This document shows, piece after piece, positions 25,613 to 40,400 of a stretch of DNA of 64,000 bases. Origin of the DNA: Phoronis australis (taxonomy: Eukaryota; Animalia; Phoronida); contig NMRA01000593.1 in NCBI GenBank assembly GCA_002633005.1, positions 194,880 to 258,879 on the forward strand, in the 5' to 3' direction. The translations under genes and the position numbers were made by a program. The notes beneath the pieces were generated by a model. The model did not search any database, was not told the origin of the DNA, and saw nothing but the letters and a program-made list of their open reading frames with translations. How positions within the stretch are numbered: the stretch's first letter is position 1; every line of letters begins with the position of its first letter.

Positions 25613-28407
25613 TTAAGTGTTCCAGTATTTCTTCTATATGAAACTGGATGTCTCAAAATTTACATGCTTATATTAGATGTTTAAACATTACAGCTTGTGA
25701 AGTAACGACACTTTTATTGCAAAAATAACACCACATACCAAAGACTGTGCTTCAACATGAATAGTCGCAATAAAAACCAGTCTTGACCATTCCATAAATA
25801 GGCGTGGGGAACAGGCAAATATAGCTTCTCTTTCATTTTGATTTTAAACATTATCTAAGTCAAGAATTAATCTTCACACTAACATTCTCCAAAATGAGGT
25901 GAACCAAATGTACAAAAAACAAGAAGAAAACAGTAAAGCAATGAATTACATCAACAAATATTTTACAAGACAATGGCAAAAAGTGGCGCAAAAGCAGCTG
26001 ACTGCAAACAATACTTTCCTGTATTCTCCAGTATATAAAAAGTAAAATAAAAATCTTTCATAAGAAAGACTTTTAACACTAAATAACAGCTCAATTGCGC
26101 TACTTCTACTTTCATGGTGTCTGTGTATTTTATTTCCCACATTGATATATGCAAAAAAAAAAACAGCGTTTATGCTCAGTTTTCATTTAACGTGGTTATA
26201 AACCAGTTTTCCACCAAAAAACAACTTCTAATTTAGACCACTTACCAGAATGCAATAGATCTTGAACGGTTCCTTAGACGAAGTGGATATGATTTCAGGG
26301 TTTTGGAAGAACAAAAAATAATTATCGCTATTGACATTAGGCGCTACACGTTATCTTCTCAGGGCGTGTCAGTTTATGCGCTGAGCATTGTCCAAAGTGA
26401 ACTAATAACGAAACATCACTTTTTGGCAAACCCCGAAATCAATTCTCATCTGTGTAAGGTAAGAGTTAAAATCAAATTTATAGCGGTAAGCAGTCTAAAT
26501 CAAAAGTTGGATGGAATGCAGATTGATACCGTCCCACTGTAACACCCAGTTACTGAAATAGGCTTCTCAAACACAATTGTTGCACAGAAAGTCTCGCCAA
26601 CTCCTCTTTGAGTTAAGAAGTTTCCCTCTAAAATGCACTGCAACGACAAGGACTGGAATGTACTTCTACATAAATCAACTCACGTTTTGAAGCAAACAAT
26701 GGCACGCTTTTGGCCAAAACAAATGGCTTGAATTGAGCAATCCATCAACGGTGCACAAAAACATACGTTATTCTCAGGTGCAATTCACAAACAATTAAAA
26801 ACATTGGAACATTGAAACATACGCTGTAAAGTCTCTTTACAATACATCACATACACGGGGTGACTTCAGGCTTTCAAAACAACAGTGTTCTGGTATTTTT
26901 GTCCTCATCTTATGGCGTTATTCACAACCAGGGAAATGGAGGTTTTCTAATAGAACAGGCCCAAAGGACATTAAACTCCCCTTGATCTGCCTAAGATACA
27001 CTTGAACAGTAAAAAATTTGATTTCATGCAAAAAATTAGGCAATAGCTGTCTGAGCCAATAAATGAGTTAAAAAATAAAATTCCCATTCTGCCATATTTT
27101 GGCCTACTCACGGATTATTCCGTAATTTGTTGATCATGATCCTTAATATATCAAATACCTTCTCCTGAAACTATCAAGTCAAAAATATGCACACAAATCA
27201 ATGTGAAAATTCAACAAGAGCACAACGAAAACTAGCTTCCAGTCAATTACCTCGAATTGCGCGACATACACAAATACTATTTTGGTCAAATGAACCCTGT
27301 AAAATTAACCCATTTCATGAACAGTCAACTTTCACAATCATACTGTAATAGAAATTAGGATAAAAACAGATACAAAATCACTACGAGACTAAGAATGACT
27401 AGACCAAGATAGACAACTGAGAAAGCTTAAAACTGCATTATGCTTTGTTTAGCTGGCTAAAAAACGAAAATGGAATTAAGCCCTTTACTCCCATAAGATT
27501 ACTAACTGCGACACAGACAGGATTCCATTTTCAATCCTAACACGAACATGGAAAAATTCAGGGGTTCATCAACCCTAAAACTGCAAAAATGGCATATATA
27601 CAACGCATTGCCTGCGGCAAGAAGGCAAAATGCAACTTCAATTTAAAAGTAATCCATTGGAAATCAAAACCAAATTTAAGCCTCAACCAGACAGTCAAAA
27701 TTATGAGCCAGACTGTGGTAAGCTATGGTGCTGGAAATTGGAGCAAACCGTGGCGAAACAGGCAGCTACAAGCACTACATCCGTGAGCAGCAAAGGTCGC
27801 TATGGTGATTATAATCTGTTTAAGACTACAATGAGTCACCCTAGATTCAATGTGAATCCCACGCACTACAGTGCTGCTCCAATAAAGACCTGTCATCACC
27901 TTCGTCAACGTAAGACTGCTAAGCTGTTTACCACTATGTTGACAGTATCACTAAGTTTGTCTGCTTTACTAGCAAAACTCTACGGTTAAGTTAGGGTTAT
28001 TGTGAATAAGAAGATTAGCAGGTAGTCTGACAGCAGAATCTACACTACAATGATTTGTACATAAACATTCTAACTTAAAAGTCATAATTCACACAGAAAC
28101 AAAATATAATAACACCCATGACAGCAGGCACCAACACAAATGGGTAATAGATAATAGTCTGCTTTAACTAATCTGTTATACTGGTAACAATATTTGATCA
28201 ATCAGTCTAATATCTAATACTAAATAAATTAACACCATAAAATTATAATAACATCAGATCTAGGTCACAAATTATTTCTGAAATCTTTATGACAGGTAAA
28301 ACATGTTTAACGATCAAAAATTGATGAAAGTCAAACGATGTATACATGATGAGGAACAATCACAAACAATTACACGTAATATTGAACACAAAGAAAATAT
28401 TCAACGT

Positions 28408-31400
28408 TTAAATACTGCCGACTGTATTACATTTCTGTAGCTTAGCCTTTCCGATATCATGAAAGTCAAATATTTCAAGCAACAATGGCTCGAGTGCGTC
28501 CGGGTCACAAGACAGCAAAACTTTGCCGTGATTTTCAGAGAGTACGCGAATTTCCGACAATTTCATCATCAATGCTGTGTGTATGGAGAAGGCCTCGGCG
28601 TATCCATACGTTGCTTCCAAATAGTGCTTCAGCAAAGCTGAATAGCGATCCTGAAGATTAGATACATAGGCTTTAGAGCCGACGGATGCAAATATGGGCG
28701 TGAACAAACATGTGATCTGTAACAAGGCAATAGTGAATGTGTCGTCCCGCAACAGTTTGCGAAGTTCTTTGACAAACTTGAGGTGCTCCATGTGAAGGGT
28801 CTTGTTGAAATCTTGCACAGCATCGTGGAGCACAGTTGACGGAGTCTCACCACGGGGGGTGATCCACGCATCCTTTTCCACCGAGAACAACTGGGCTGAG
28901 CGAATAAAAAGGCACGTGAGTGTCATCCCCTTCAGGATGTTGATCTGATCGACTTGCTCTAACGAGATAAAGTCATCGATTTTTTTTGCAAATCGTATCA
29001 GACGACGTACAACTGCTCCCATACTGTTTATAAGAACGTTGAGGTTGATCTCTTCTGTCATGTCAGGGGGGTGTATGTCCTCCTCTGTGTTGCCAACGGT
29101 TACCATATACAGCTGCTCAAACTGACGGATCAATGAATTCTCCTCCGGCGTGAGTTGTCTATGACTTTCATCAGAGTCATGGGGATCGTCTGCAAGGAAT
29201 GACAAGGAAGTAGAATAGATGGCAAGATACATACTTTGGTTCAATCAAGAAAAGACCACAAACTTTTGAGTATTTCTGAGTATTTTTGAGTATTGTTGCA
29301 GATGTGATCAGTTAGGCCTATGGCTGATTCATTCAGGTTAAATGTCTCTCTAAACAAGTCATTAAAGGACCAGTGTCCAGTTGTCGGCCTCGAAACTAAA
29401 CATTAAAACTGATCTATCTGAACATAAACTTAAAAAAACGATAAGTGGCATACAGCTTCAAATGCACGTTTGTAGGTTGCTCAGAATAGTGTCAGTTTGA
29501 AAAAAACAAAAGAATGTTTTCTACACAAAATCTCAAAATATAATTACCCAAAAACTTAGGAGAAAGACCCAACTGTTTATATGGGAACTTTCAGTAAAAG
29601 ATTGTGGGCTGAGTTTATTGGACATCCCACCTTTAAATCAAGGTCGCAACAAGAGACTATCACTGTCTTAAAGTGGCAATAAAAACACTCCCCGTCAAAA
29701 AACTATTACAGAACTGGTCATAACTTGCTCCTTACTCAGATTAGAAGTGATTTTTAGGTTAGGGGAGAATGGTAAGTTTGTTATTTCCTTGGTACAATAT
29801 GTTGGCAGCTAATATAGGGTCGCACAAGGAGAATAGGAACCAGCATGAACGCTGCGTCAGTTTTTTTCAAGCCAAGAAATGAATCCCTAGCATCAGAGTA
29901 AAGAACATGATAGGGTGAGTTCTGAAGCAGAAATTGACCAAAATCAAACCATAGACTGATTTTTTTTCAAGATTTGCCATTAAATGATGGATGAGTTGAA
30001 TAAGAATCATGTTTAGCAAAATGTTAATTTCAACTAACGTATTCGTTTCATTTTGTTAGCATGCTGCTTTTCATGAAGACCAAAGTTCGACCGTACCTAA
30101 ATTCACGCGTACTCAGAGTAAATGGTCAGTTCTCCAGCACAGGATTGGCAAAATGCGTGAATACCAGTTCACTGAGCCTCGTCTGAATAAAACTAAATGA
30201 CAGAAAAATACTGTCTTACTCACTCCATGGGAAGGTCATGGGGACATTACGCTGAGGTAGAGTAGATGACGAAGCGTTCTCACATGCTGGCCCCATGGAT
30301 TCACTAGTCTCCGATTTGATGGCCACCAGCACCTGTCGACGCTCCCTATTCATTTTTACCTTCATTGTACGTTTCTGTCGCTCTGTGTCATCTGTAAAGA
30401 CAGCCAATGCCCAGTCATCACGTGACTTACCACAGAGCATACATTGGCAAATACCACTGTGACAAAATTTAAGCTTCCACTAAAAAAGAATTAAGCAGAG
30501 CCGTCAATGCTACATAACTCCTATCATTTGCATGATTGACTTTAACATAATTAAGTGATTCCAAAGGTTAAAAAGAAGTTAGATCCACAAAAATTCTGTT
30601 ACTTTGTAGTTACAAGAAGTCATGGAGACATACTTTGGTTAATATTTACCAATCTGGTCAATACGCCATCTGTTGGCCACATTTCCTGACCTCAATGACC
30701 CACAGTACGTGAAGTCCAAGAAATTCAAACCGTGACAGAAATCTGCTCAAAATGAAAGAGAAAATGGGCCACAAAATGCGACCAGTTCGCGTTAAGACCG
30801 TCACCTGTCTTACCAAGAATCATGTCTTTCTTCATACCAACATCTAAACACTTCTGCAGTCTACAGGCAGAGCAGAACCGTCTCGTATTGATGTCAATCT
30901 TGCAGTCTTTTGAGAACATACATGCGAGAGGCTGTAATGTAATAACATCAAATGTTAGATAAATCATACTACTTTCTTAGCACACAACCTTTCACGGAAC
31001 CCGTACATTCTAAAAGTGTCCGAAAATATGCAAATAATTGCAGGCAGTCTGATACACGTTGTACCCATTGCAGTGAGCACCTGGAACCATTTTTATGCTT
31101 TATGAATGTATAGTTAAAACCAAACTGAGGACCTGAGACCTGACTCAAGGGTCTAGCAGTGTGCCCCAGCGGGACTCAGTTCCACGACCTTTAGTAAAGA
31201 AAGCGGACACTTGTATCACTAGGCCACACTGCATTCACATTCCAACCACATATCACTGCCCATTTGTTTAGACACAACGTGTGACAGAATTCCTTTGACT
31301 GCTCTTGACCTATCCTTTACCCACCAAACTTTACCAAAGACTCAATTTGCCAATTGACCAATAGCATGTAAAGTAAAAATTGAAATTAATTATCTTACTA

Positions 31401-34400
31401 AAGATCAAATATTTCATCAATTTTTCATTTGATTCTCAAGCACAGTTTGGTGGTTTTTTGGTTCCTGAAGTCCACTGTGGGACTAAAGAAGACAAAAAGC
31501 TAGAGTGAATTTGCACAGAAAATAAAAATATTTCACCAATTACCATACAATTGAGCTACGGTATAGGTCTTCATGGCAATCAGACACCAGGGAACAATAT
31601 GTAGTGCATTTCAAAACTCTGTCTCACGCTCATTAGTACAGTAGGCAGTAACAGTACACAATTCTCAATTTCAAACACTAAAAATTGATACTTTTCTCAA
31701 CACTTAGGAGGTTAAGTTCAGATACATAAAAATCAAATCATTAGGTAGTTAACAATCGTGCATTCAAAATATTTACTAACATGACAACATCCATCACCCA
31801 AGCTCATATTTTTCAAAAAAAAAATCATAAGGAAAAGACTGATTTGCCCTCTTACATGTACAGACACACACAAGACCAGTATTCCAACATGGAGACCACA
31901 TTAACTGCTAGTCCATAAATACATGTGCTCAAGATTTAAGACAATGTATGCGAAACAGAAATATAGATTTACTATAAATACGTAACACTTTATTGACAAC
32001 TCTGCATAGTTAGCCAAATATCTAGATTTTAGCTTAGTAAAAGCATATATCTTTTCAACATAGAACGATAGTAGAATTTGATTTTTGATTTTTTGAATCT
32101 GCAATTAATTGTACCACATGACCATGTCTTGACAACAAAATTTAGCACAAAAAGGTTTATCGATAATAAAGCAACAGTATCAAAAACATGATCAAATTTT
32201 GTTTTATATAAATGTTCAAGATGATGTATCGGAAAACATTTTCTAAAATACTGTTTCATTTTTGTAACATGGAAGTTTCATTTTTTTCATGAAAAGTCCC
32301 GTTTTTTGATAGCCTCTCGTGCAAAAGTGGAACATCTTAAAAATAATTCCTACCAGCATTTTAAAGAGCGGTGAATAAACCACAGTGCCTGAAGGTTTCA
32401 CATGAATCGTATCAGCCATTAATGAGACATGATGTTCTGGAGTTAGCCAAACTGAGACATTTTCCTAGGGTACTACAAAACCTTGCACATCCAGATGGCT
32501 AATTCACGTACCTTTGATTTTAAGGCATTCCGTCGAAAGAATGCTTTGCACGATTCACACGTGATGGCGTCAAAGTTATAGCCAAGAGCTCTGTCGCCGC
32601 AGACCCGGCAGATTTTGCTCTCTTTACTGCGTAGCTTCCTTTTCTGTGCGACATGACGAGACTCTTCTAATGAGCCCAATGAGTCAATCTGAAGAACACA
32701 AAAATGTAGAGTGTACTAGACGATGGATGTTATCATTCATCATAAATAGATTAAAAAATACAAAGTCATGACAACCGCAGGGGCTTGATGACATTCTGGT
32801 TCCTGCAAAAAATTTCGTCGCCATCTGCCGAAGTTGTTGTCGATGAACATTGACAGAGGGCGACGAAATNATTTACAGCAAGGCTATGATAATGATATGC
32901 ATATGGTTAAAATCTCCATTAAATTCTGAACAACTTTCATACAGACTACTTTTCTGTGAAGTTGACATTTTCCTTTCAAATTTCCAATTTAAAAATGTTA
33001 GGTCATTAATCTGAGTGACCTTCATAACAGCCCAGTGTACAGGAGTAGTGGTGACCTACTTAGCTCAGCACACAGGGAAAGTTGTCTGAATAGAGGCTTA
33101 GCAGGATAAGGGTTAAGTGAATATGCCAACACTGTCAACTTGATACGATGAAATTTAATTTCTAAAATTTTTTCATAAAGGATAAGTATGATAGAATGAA
33201 TGCTAGACTATTTTCAAGTTCTGTACACTAGCTACCGTCAAACAGCATTTTTGAAAAATTAAGGACAGTAACAATGTTGGTAACCCTTTAAAACTGAACA
33301 TATAACTGGGCACATAAATTTTTTTTTATTTGAAATTGGTGAGATTTTACTGCAAACAAAACGTATCAACGGTACATTACCTTTTACCTCTATGATATTT
33401 TTCAACACAAAGTTCATTTAATTTTTCTTCAATTCCTCGAAAATGTACACGGCATGAAAAACAACCCCGGTAATAAAAAATGCGCACCCTACGAGTTAGT
33501 TTGAATGTTCCATTCTCCTTCCTGGATGTCCAAATACCGTCCAATCAAATCAATCCGAAGAATTTTTAGAAGTTATTACATATCTAACATTGCGGCTGTT
33601 AAAATTTAAAGAAACAGAAATAGTGTAATAATTATTTAATATTCTGAATATTAAATCACCAATGTGATTTAATACCTTGCTGCGTGACCCACTGTAAACA
33701 GATTTCAGCACACCACCTACTTTTTGTTAAATCGAGTAGTTTCGACACCGATTTTCCAAACCTCTCAATAGTTCAATTTTTTTCTGTATTTATGATTTTC
33801 AAGAGATTGCCAATATCCAGTAAAACAGGGATAATACTAAACAGATCATACAATGTCTTCATTGATGAAAACAGAAAAAAATTTTTAAATGTGCGAAATG
33901 TCTGACATACGCAACAAGAATAGTACATTAACCGACAAAGGCTAACTATGTAAATAAATCTGTACAATAATTTACTTTTAAATACAATTCGGTAAAATTA
34001 TATTAATAGAAATGCAAACCTGTATAATTCAATGTTAGGACTTGATACCAATCTGCCATTGATTGAGTCCGGCGACAATACAGTCTTTTAAATAAAAATT
34101 AAGAAAAAACAAAAAAGTGCGTTCATCCCAACACATTGACAGCAAATTTCAATAACATGTTACAGTATGGCAGCAAATTTCAATAACACGTTACAGTATG
34201 GCAGCAAATTTCAATAACATGTTACAGTATTCTAAATTATCATTTTGTTCTCGTTTTATGCGAATTTTTCCCTAGACAAACATTTTTGATGATCCCTGCT
34301 TCAGAATAATTCCAAACACCATTCTTAACAGAGTTTTGTTGAACAGAGCATCAGTTTCATTTGAATCCAATCCTCCATTTCTGAAATATGATGGTCCAAA

Positions 34401-37400
34401 GTTAGCAGGACTTGCATATCTGTCCACAACCCCACAGTACTGTTCACTGCATAGTTTACTACTGAATAATTTACTACGCAATCACCTGTAAAGGATCTAT
34501 GACATTATGACACACCACAAAATCTTCAAACTGGGAAAAGCATTGAGAGAACTGTCCAATATTATAAACGAAAGGTCGTTCAACTACATCTGCTTACCAG
34601 CATTCCAACCAGAATACTAGAACAGCCCGTTAGAAATCCCAACTCAAAAAACATGGCATTTGAGAACAATTTTGTGTATCAAAATCTATACCGTGAAATC
34701 TCAGGAATCTCAGACTACAGCAATTGTCAGAAAGACCTTTGTCGACCTATTTTTAATTTTTCATAAGCTTCTGACTTGTTGTGAATGCTCACGAGTTTTC
34801 AAAATATTTGTTGTTTATGAAAAAAATGCATCCTAAATTGGTAAGAGTGTATCATTAATGTTTTTGGACAATTTTAAAATAGCAAAAATAGATGTTAGTA
34901 GATAGCTAAAAATACAAAAACAGTGATCTTTCAAATTGTTGATGAATGTATAGCACACATTATCACAGAAAAACAATTACCCGTGGCTGGGCGGAGTTAC
35001 ATGGTGACATTATTGTAACAAACATCCATGCAAAGTGCACAGGGACTCATAATTAAACACCCCTACAACAACCATCAAATATGCTTACAAAGAAACCAGA
35101 CAGAATTCATTAAAGTCCTTGAACTACCAGATACAGTGTGGAGTTATCACCCAAAGGCAGAAAGTAAAAATAAGTAGTTGCTATGAAAACACCAATACTG
35201 ATAAACTGGTTCGTGAAGCCAAACAAAACCTGCATTCAACTCATGAGGAACATTAACAGAAAGTGACTACGCAATTTAAATCAGAGCCACAAAGCAAAAC
35301 TGGTATTTGCAAAACCAGAAAATTGTAGGTATCAATATTGGCTTTACTGTAAAATGGCTGTACATGAAATTGCACCTACATCAGGAATTTTGTATTCCGC
35401 TTCAAGCAAAAACACGTGAGCAATGACCAAAAACAAGTTTTGCGGTAAAATCTCACCAATTTCGGACAAAAATAACAGCACTTTTCAAAGTCTTCTAACA
35501 CTGTTGTGAATAATTTTCAAAATATTGTTTGAATACACCAAACCATCATTTTTGCATTTTATGAAAAATTTCACCTGTCCACCATGTTGTGTGAAAATTG
35601 GCGGCATTTTACCATAAAAAGGAGGCAGGTGAAGCTTAGTCATACTTCGTTAATTATTGATGTTTTAAAAAAAATTACCTGTTACGGTGATTCAGCACTT
35701 CTTTAGCACAAAATATGGCCAAGCTGACAAGCGCAATTGTATTTTGACAAATTCTCCACAAAAATAAACAACGGGAACATTTTTGTTGTCTACTGTTATC
35801 ATGATAAGTAACCTAAATTGAAAAACGGAAAATGACAATTTTGGCAATTAATTTTAAACAAAGTAAAAAAATATTCTGTACAAAGTGATATGTAGATTAT
35901 TCACTTTTTACACAACAATAACTACCAAAAATTGTCATTTTACGAATTTTTGATGCTGACTTAACTTTGCGACAAATAAAAAACTTTATAACATCTCTAT
36001 ACAACAAACCAGCCTAATAATGAACTGAGAATATCTTAATCTTTATTTCTATTGAGAAATTTGATAAAACGTCCACCATATTGCGTGCAACACGAGTTTC
36101 TAATAGTAGAGGGAATTGGAAAATTGTTCAGAATTGATGAAACGGAAACCATTCCAGATTCGATGCTCGGTTCTGACATTCTTACTAAGCACAGGGACAA
36201 GGTAGTTTGCTTTGAAGGGCAATGAGACCAGACCAGAACACCTAAACAACAGAAGGTGCTGTCCTTAGTTACCAGAAGGAAATGTACGTGTGGCCACTGT
36301 AACTTTGCCCTGCTTACCTGACATTTTATATTTATTAGCAATGTTGAACAAAGATTTGCGTGCGGCCATGCTCTCATTGCCTCATCTATGTGAATTTTAA
36401 ATTTTTTGGCGATATCGCAGAAACGATTTTACAGTCATGGAATCACGTTTAATTCGACATTTTTCAGTGGCAACGATGACGGCTACAAATCATTGAATCG
36501 TATTTAATTCAATATTATTCAATATGGTATTTAGTCATTTATGAATTGTACTAAGGATGAACAAAAGACATACAGAACATATTTACTGTGACAAGCGCGT
36601 ATAAGGAAGTCGCTTGTATACCTTAGTGAGGCATCAGTACATATTCCTGTATGCGACACACTTGAGCCGAAAAATTTTTGAAAAAGGAATAGTATTTCCC
36701 ATATAGGCATGCAGGCCTCAGTATGTGCATTGTCACCAAACTGTCATTCATTGGAAAGAAGAATGTGCTAAGGTATTTTGAGAAAGCAGTTTCTCTGCTA
36801 TAAATAGTAACATAACCATTTTGTTATAAAGAGAAATACGTTTGTTCATACCCGAGGCCATCGGCCCACAGTACTTACATATCAAACACAACAATAAAAT
36901 ACAGTAAATACGCATGTGTAGTAGCTTCAAACGTCAAGTAGTTTTTGTCTTAAAACAGAAGCCTGATATACAAATTTGATTAGGTTTTAAGCACACAGGG
37001 ATCAGAAGTTTTCATTAACCTTTGAAATCCACGATTAGTGGCATTGGTCCAATATATTCTAGGTAACATTCTAATTCTCAGGTCTTCATACTATTTTGTT
37101 ATTTAAATATTCTACAATAAAAATCAAATTTGCTATGTGTGAAACACTTGAGCAAAACCAAAAAAAAAATTTCTAAATATTATTTGAGTGAAATTTGATG
37201 AAACTGTTAGACAATAACAGACGTCGATAGGTATTTGGTTTAACATTAATTTTATGCAAGATCCTCGAAAAACATGGGTCGGATTCACGTGAAAATTTCA
37301 GATATTGCGCTATATGCAGTGTTCTCTAAAACAATGTTAGGAATTAGTTTTAAAATGATTCACTTTTGTAGGAGAGACTATCACAAATAGGAGTTTCATA

Positions 37401-40400
37401 ATTTTTATAAAAAGCTCAGGTTATATAAATAAAAACAATTATTTAAAGAACCAATCACTGCTTTTTATATTTCATCTCCATGAACATTTGTATGAAACTC
37501 AATTTAGTGGTTACTTACATCTCGTTCACCTACAAATGTATCTTAATTCTTTTTTCCTAAATTTTACTAAAAAGACAATTGGTATAAAGTCAAAAATTAA
37601 ATTCTACAGACTTTTTACTTTCAGAAAATAAATACCTTTACACACTTAAATTTCAAGTTTTGTAGATATTTGAATGACTGGATGGAGTTGTGGATAAGGT
37701 ACAGAGCCTCAGTGTAAGCGCTTGAGAAACACTAGAGCAAACATTTTCTTCAAAAAAGCAAATTATTTTGAATGCAGACTCATGGGTCGAACTATGTGCA
37801 AATATGGTGAACACTTTCTGTATATGCGATGTTTCATGACATGGTCCCTCATTCAAACTTCACAGCATTAAGATCACTCTGCTAAGGGGTGATGTACAAA
37901 AGTGAAGTCGCCCTATTGCATAATGCTCAGGCAGGTTATCTAAACCTGTGAGAAACACCTGTAGTTGTCTGCAGGGCAATGAAATGTAGCGTCTAATCGA
38001 TAAATGAATTTCCGCGCAAGAGCAAAAACTTTCCCAATCTCACATAACTTCAGGGATTCTAAGGAAAGCTGCCTGTTTCGTGATTTAGAAGTTGTAAAAA
38101 TCATCAACTTTTGTCAACTTCATTTTACGACTTTTAATTCCTACTTAACAATGGGACATATAACCTTGTGAAGCAAACCAGCAGCACCTGGACAGCCATT
38201 GAGGAAGATTTTATACACCACATTTGGACAAACGTATTTACGGAGTAATTTGTGAAGTTGATTACGTTAAAATCTAACCAATTGATGACACAATACGGCC
38301 GACAAGTGAAATTTTATTTTATCACTTTTTCATAAGTGACAGATAGTACCAAAATAGTGACCCTTGTACCTAAGCCCTTAGAACTTTTTTAAAATGCAAC
38401 TTTTGTGAAAAAAGCGCATGACCAAGAGATGATTACATTTACAGCAAATCATTAGTATTTACAGCAAATCATTAGTATTCACAGCAAATCATTAGTATTT
38501 TTGATGCGGTGCACGATGGCTTGCCCATCATTACCTTCAGTTTTGATAGTCCTAATTAAGTCTATCGAAATAGGTCAACTTATACCTCACAAAATGTTTT
38601 AACGAGCACCTGCTAACTGAGAATTTTGCAAAAAAATCAAAAGAGGAAGGAATATTTACAAGCAACTTGACACCTTATAACAAGATAATTACGCCTGCAT
38701 TGATAATGAGATGAATTAACATGATGCAGGCATGGAGCCAGGATATAGAATAACAATTCAGCCAGATTCATAGCCAAACACCTTGAGCACATGGGCACTT
38801 TCAGTTACTTAATTTGCATGGATGAGGGGCTGTAATTTCCTCCTAACTTTTCCTTTTGTCTCTTCTCTCTTATGTGAAATACATAATGATTTGTTCCATT
38901 TTATGAAAGAGGTTCAACAAGGGCAGTTTCATCCTGCCCTCACCAACCACTGATCCATGAAAACTTTTGATAATTTAGTAGGTATTCAAACTCTTTTGTG
39001 AAGATGGGATATGGGGTGACAAAGAGGCAGGTGGTGAAAAGCTCTGAATCTGTTTAGTTTAATACCAGATTGACCTCACGGATGGCAGTGCACTCTCTAG
39101 AACAGTACAAGAAGAGGCTACTATGGAGTAAGGACTTTATAAAAAAATACTTTTCGTTTACACGGAAACATCAAGTACCATATTCACCCTAATAACCACC
39201 CAGGACACTTACAAAAATTCATTTCAGGGTGGGCACTTATTGTAACCCAAGGCGGTTGAAACCCATGTACTTTAAACGGGCAGTAGGCCAAATCCGGCCA
39301 CCGATTAGGAGTTTTTACCTCGTCCAAAATACATTCCACACTTAAAACTATCACTTAAAAAAGTGCTTACTTTCTTTAGTGGTCATTTCTACTTCTACAC
39401 ATATCTTCGATGAACTTAGTTACGAGAATTAAGATGACTTTGGCGAAGAATTCCAACTCCACTTTTTGGTCACCGTTAACTTTTTCCCCACGCGCGCGAT
39501 GGCCACAAAGTATTTCAACTGAGTCACATGAGTTAGGCAAAGGCTAGCGCGAGACTGAGTGAAGCGCGTGACGCTGGCACGTGACACTTGCAAAATATCA
39601 TAGGAAGGTATCAAGTGAAATTTGTAAGATTCGTGTCCCTTGGACTTTTTATTCAAAATGTGCGATTTCAACTAACTTCCTCAAAATGGCACCCGGTAAG
39701 AGAAACTTGAGCAAACCGCAACAGATTTGTATTGATTTGTTCAAATTATCTTGACTGAAACATCTCCAGACTTACGGTGTGTGTTAATTATAACTCCATG
39801 TGCAAATATGTATGTTTCATTTGATTTCATTTCCTGTATTTTGAAATTCGTAACTTTTTGTAGTGATGTACTATTGCCTCTGTATGCCTACGGCATCCAG
39901 GGTGATGTAATTGCCTATGCGGCTGGATGCGTGCGTGACTATCTGACAGTTATTTTTCAGTGTAAGGTGCATTCACTGTCAGTGGTCATTTTATCGGATA
40001 TTTGGCTTAAAAACACTAATTATGAATTAAATCAAACAATCCTTAAAAATAACGCAAAACATATTTTATAGTGTAGAAATTGTTGGAAATTAGTGCCAAT
40101 ATTCATTTCTAGCGAATGCTATGCTACCCGTTTCATGAATGGATAGTTCCCGGCTAATGTCTTTGATGACAGATACAATGTAGCGCGCGCTTCCTGGCCA
40201 GTGCTTTTAACGCTGGCCAAGCTTTTTAATAATCTTCGATTTGTGGTTTTTACATGTACAAAGACAAGTACACTACGTCTGTTCTGAAAAGCCGGACCAT
40301 AGTGGGACACATTCGTCGCAAGATCAGCAAAACTTTTGTGTTCGTTTGAGGCAGCGCTGAAGTTTGAAGTCTACAAATTCTGCACACAATGATTTTTTCA

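Noticed and set aside
34140-34230. CRISPR-like array (also 38440-38500 and 50431-50510)
   Set aside because: Head-to-tail repeats without unique spacers, in a eukaryotic intron with no cas genes.
33331-35463. 2.1-kb element bounded by inverted GAAATTGGTGAGATTTTAC.GCAAA motifs
   Set aside because: Only ~25 bp of inverted match, with no clear termini or TSD. It may be two unrelated repeat fragments.
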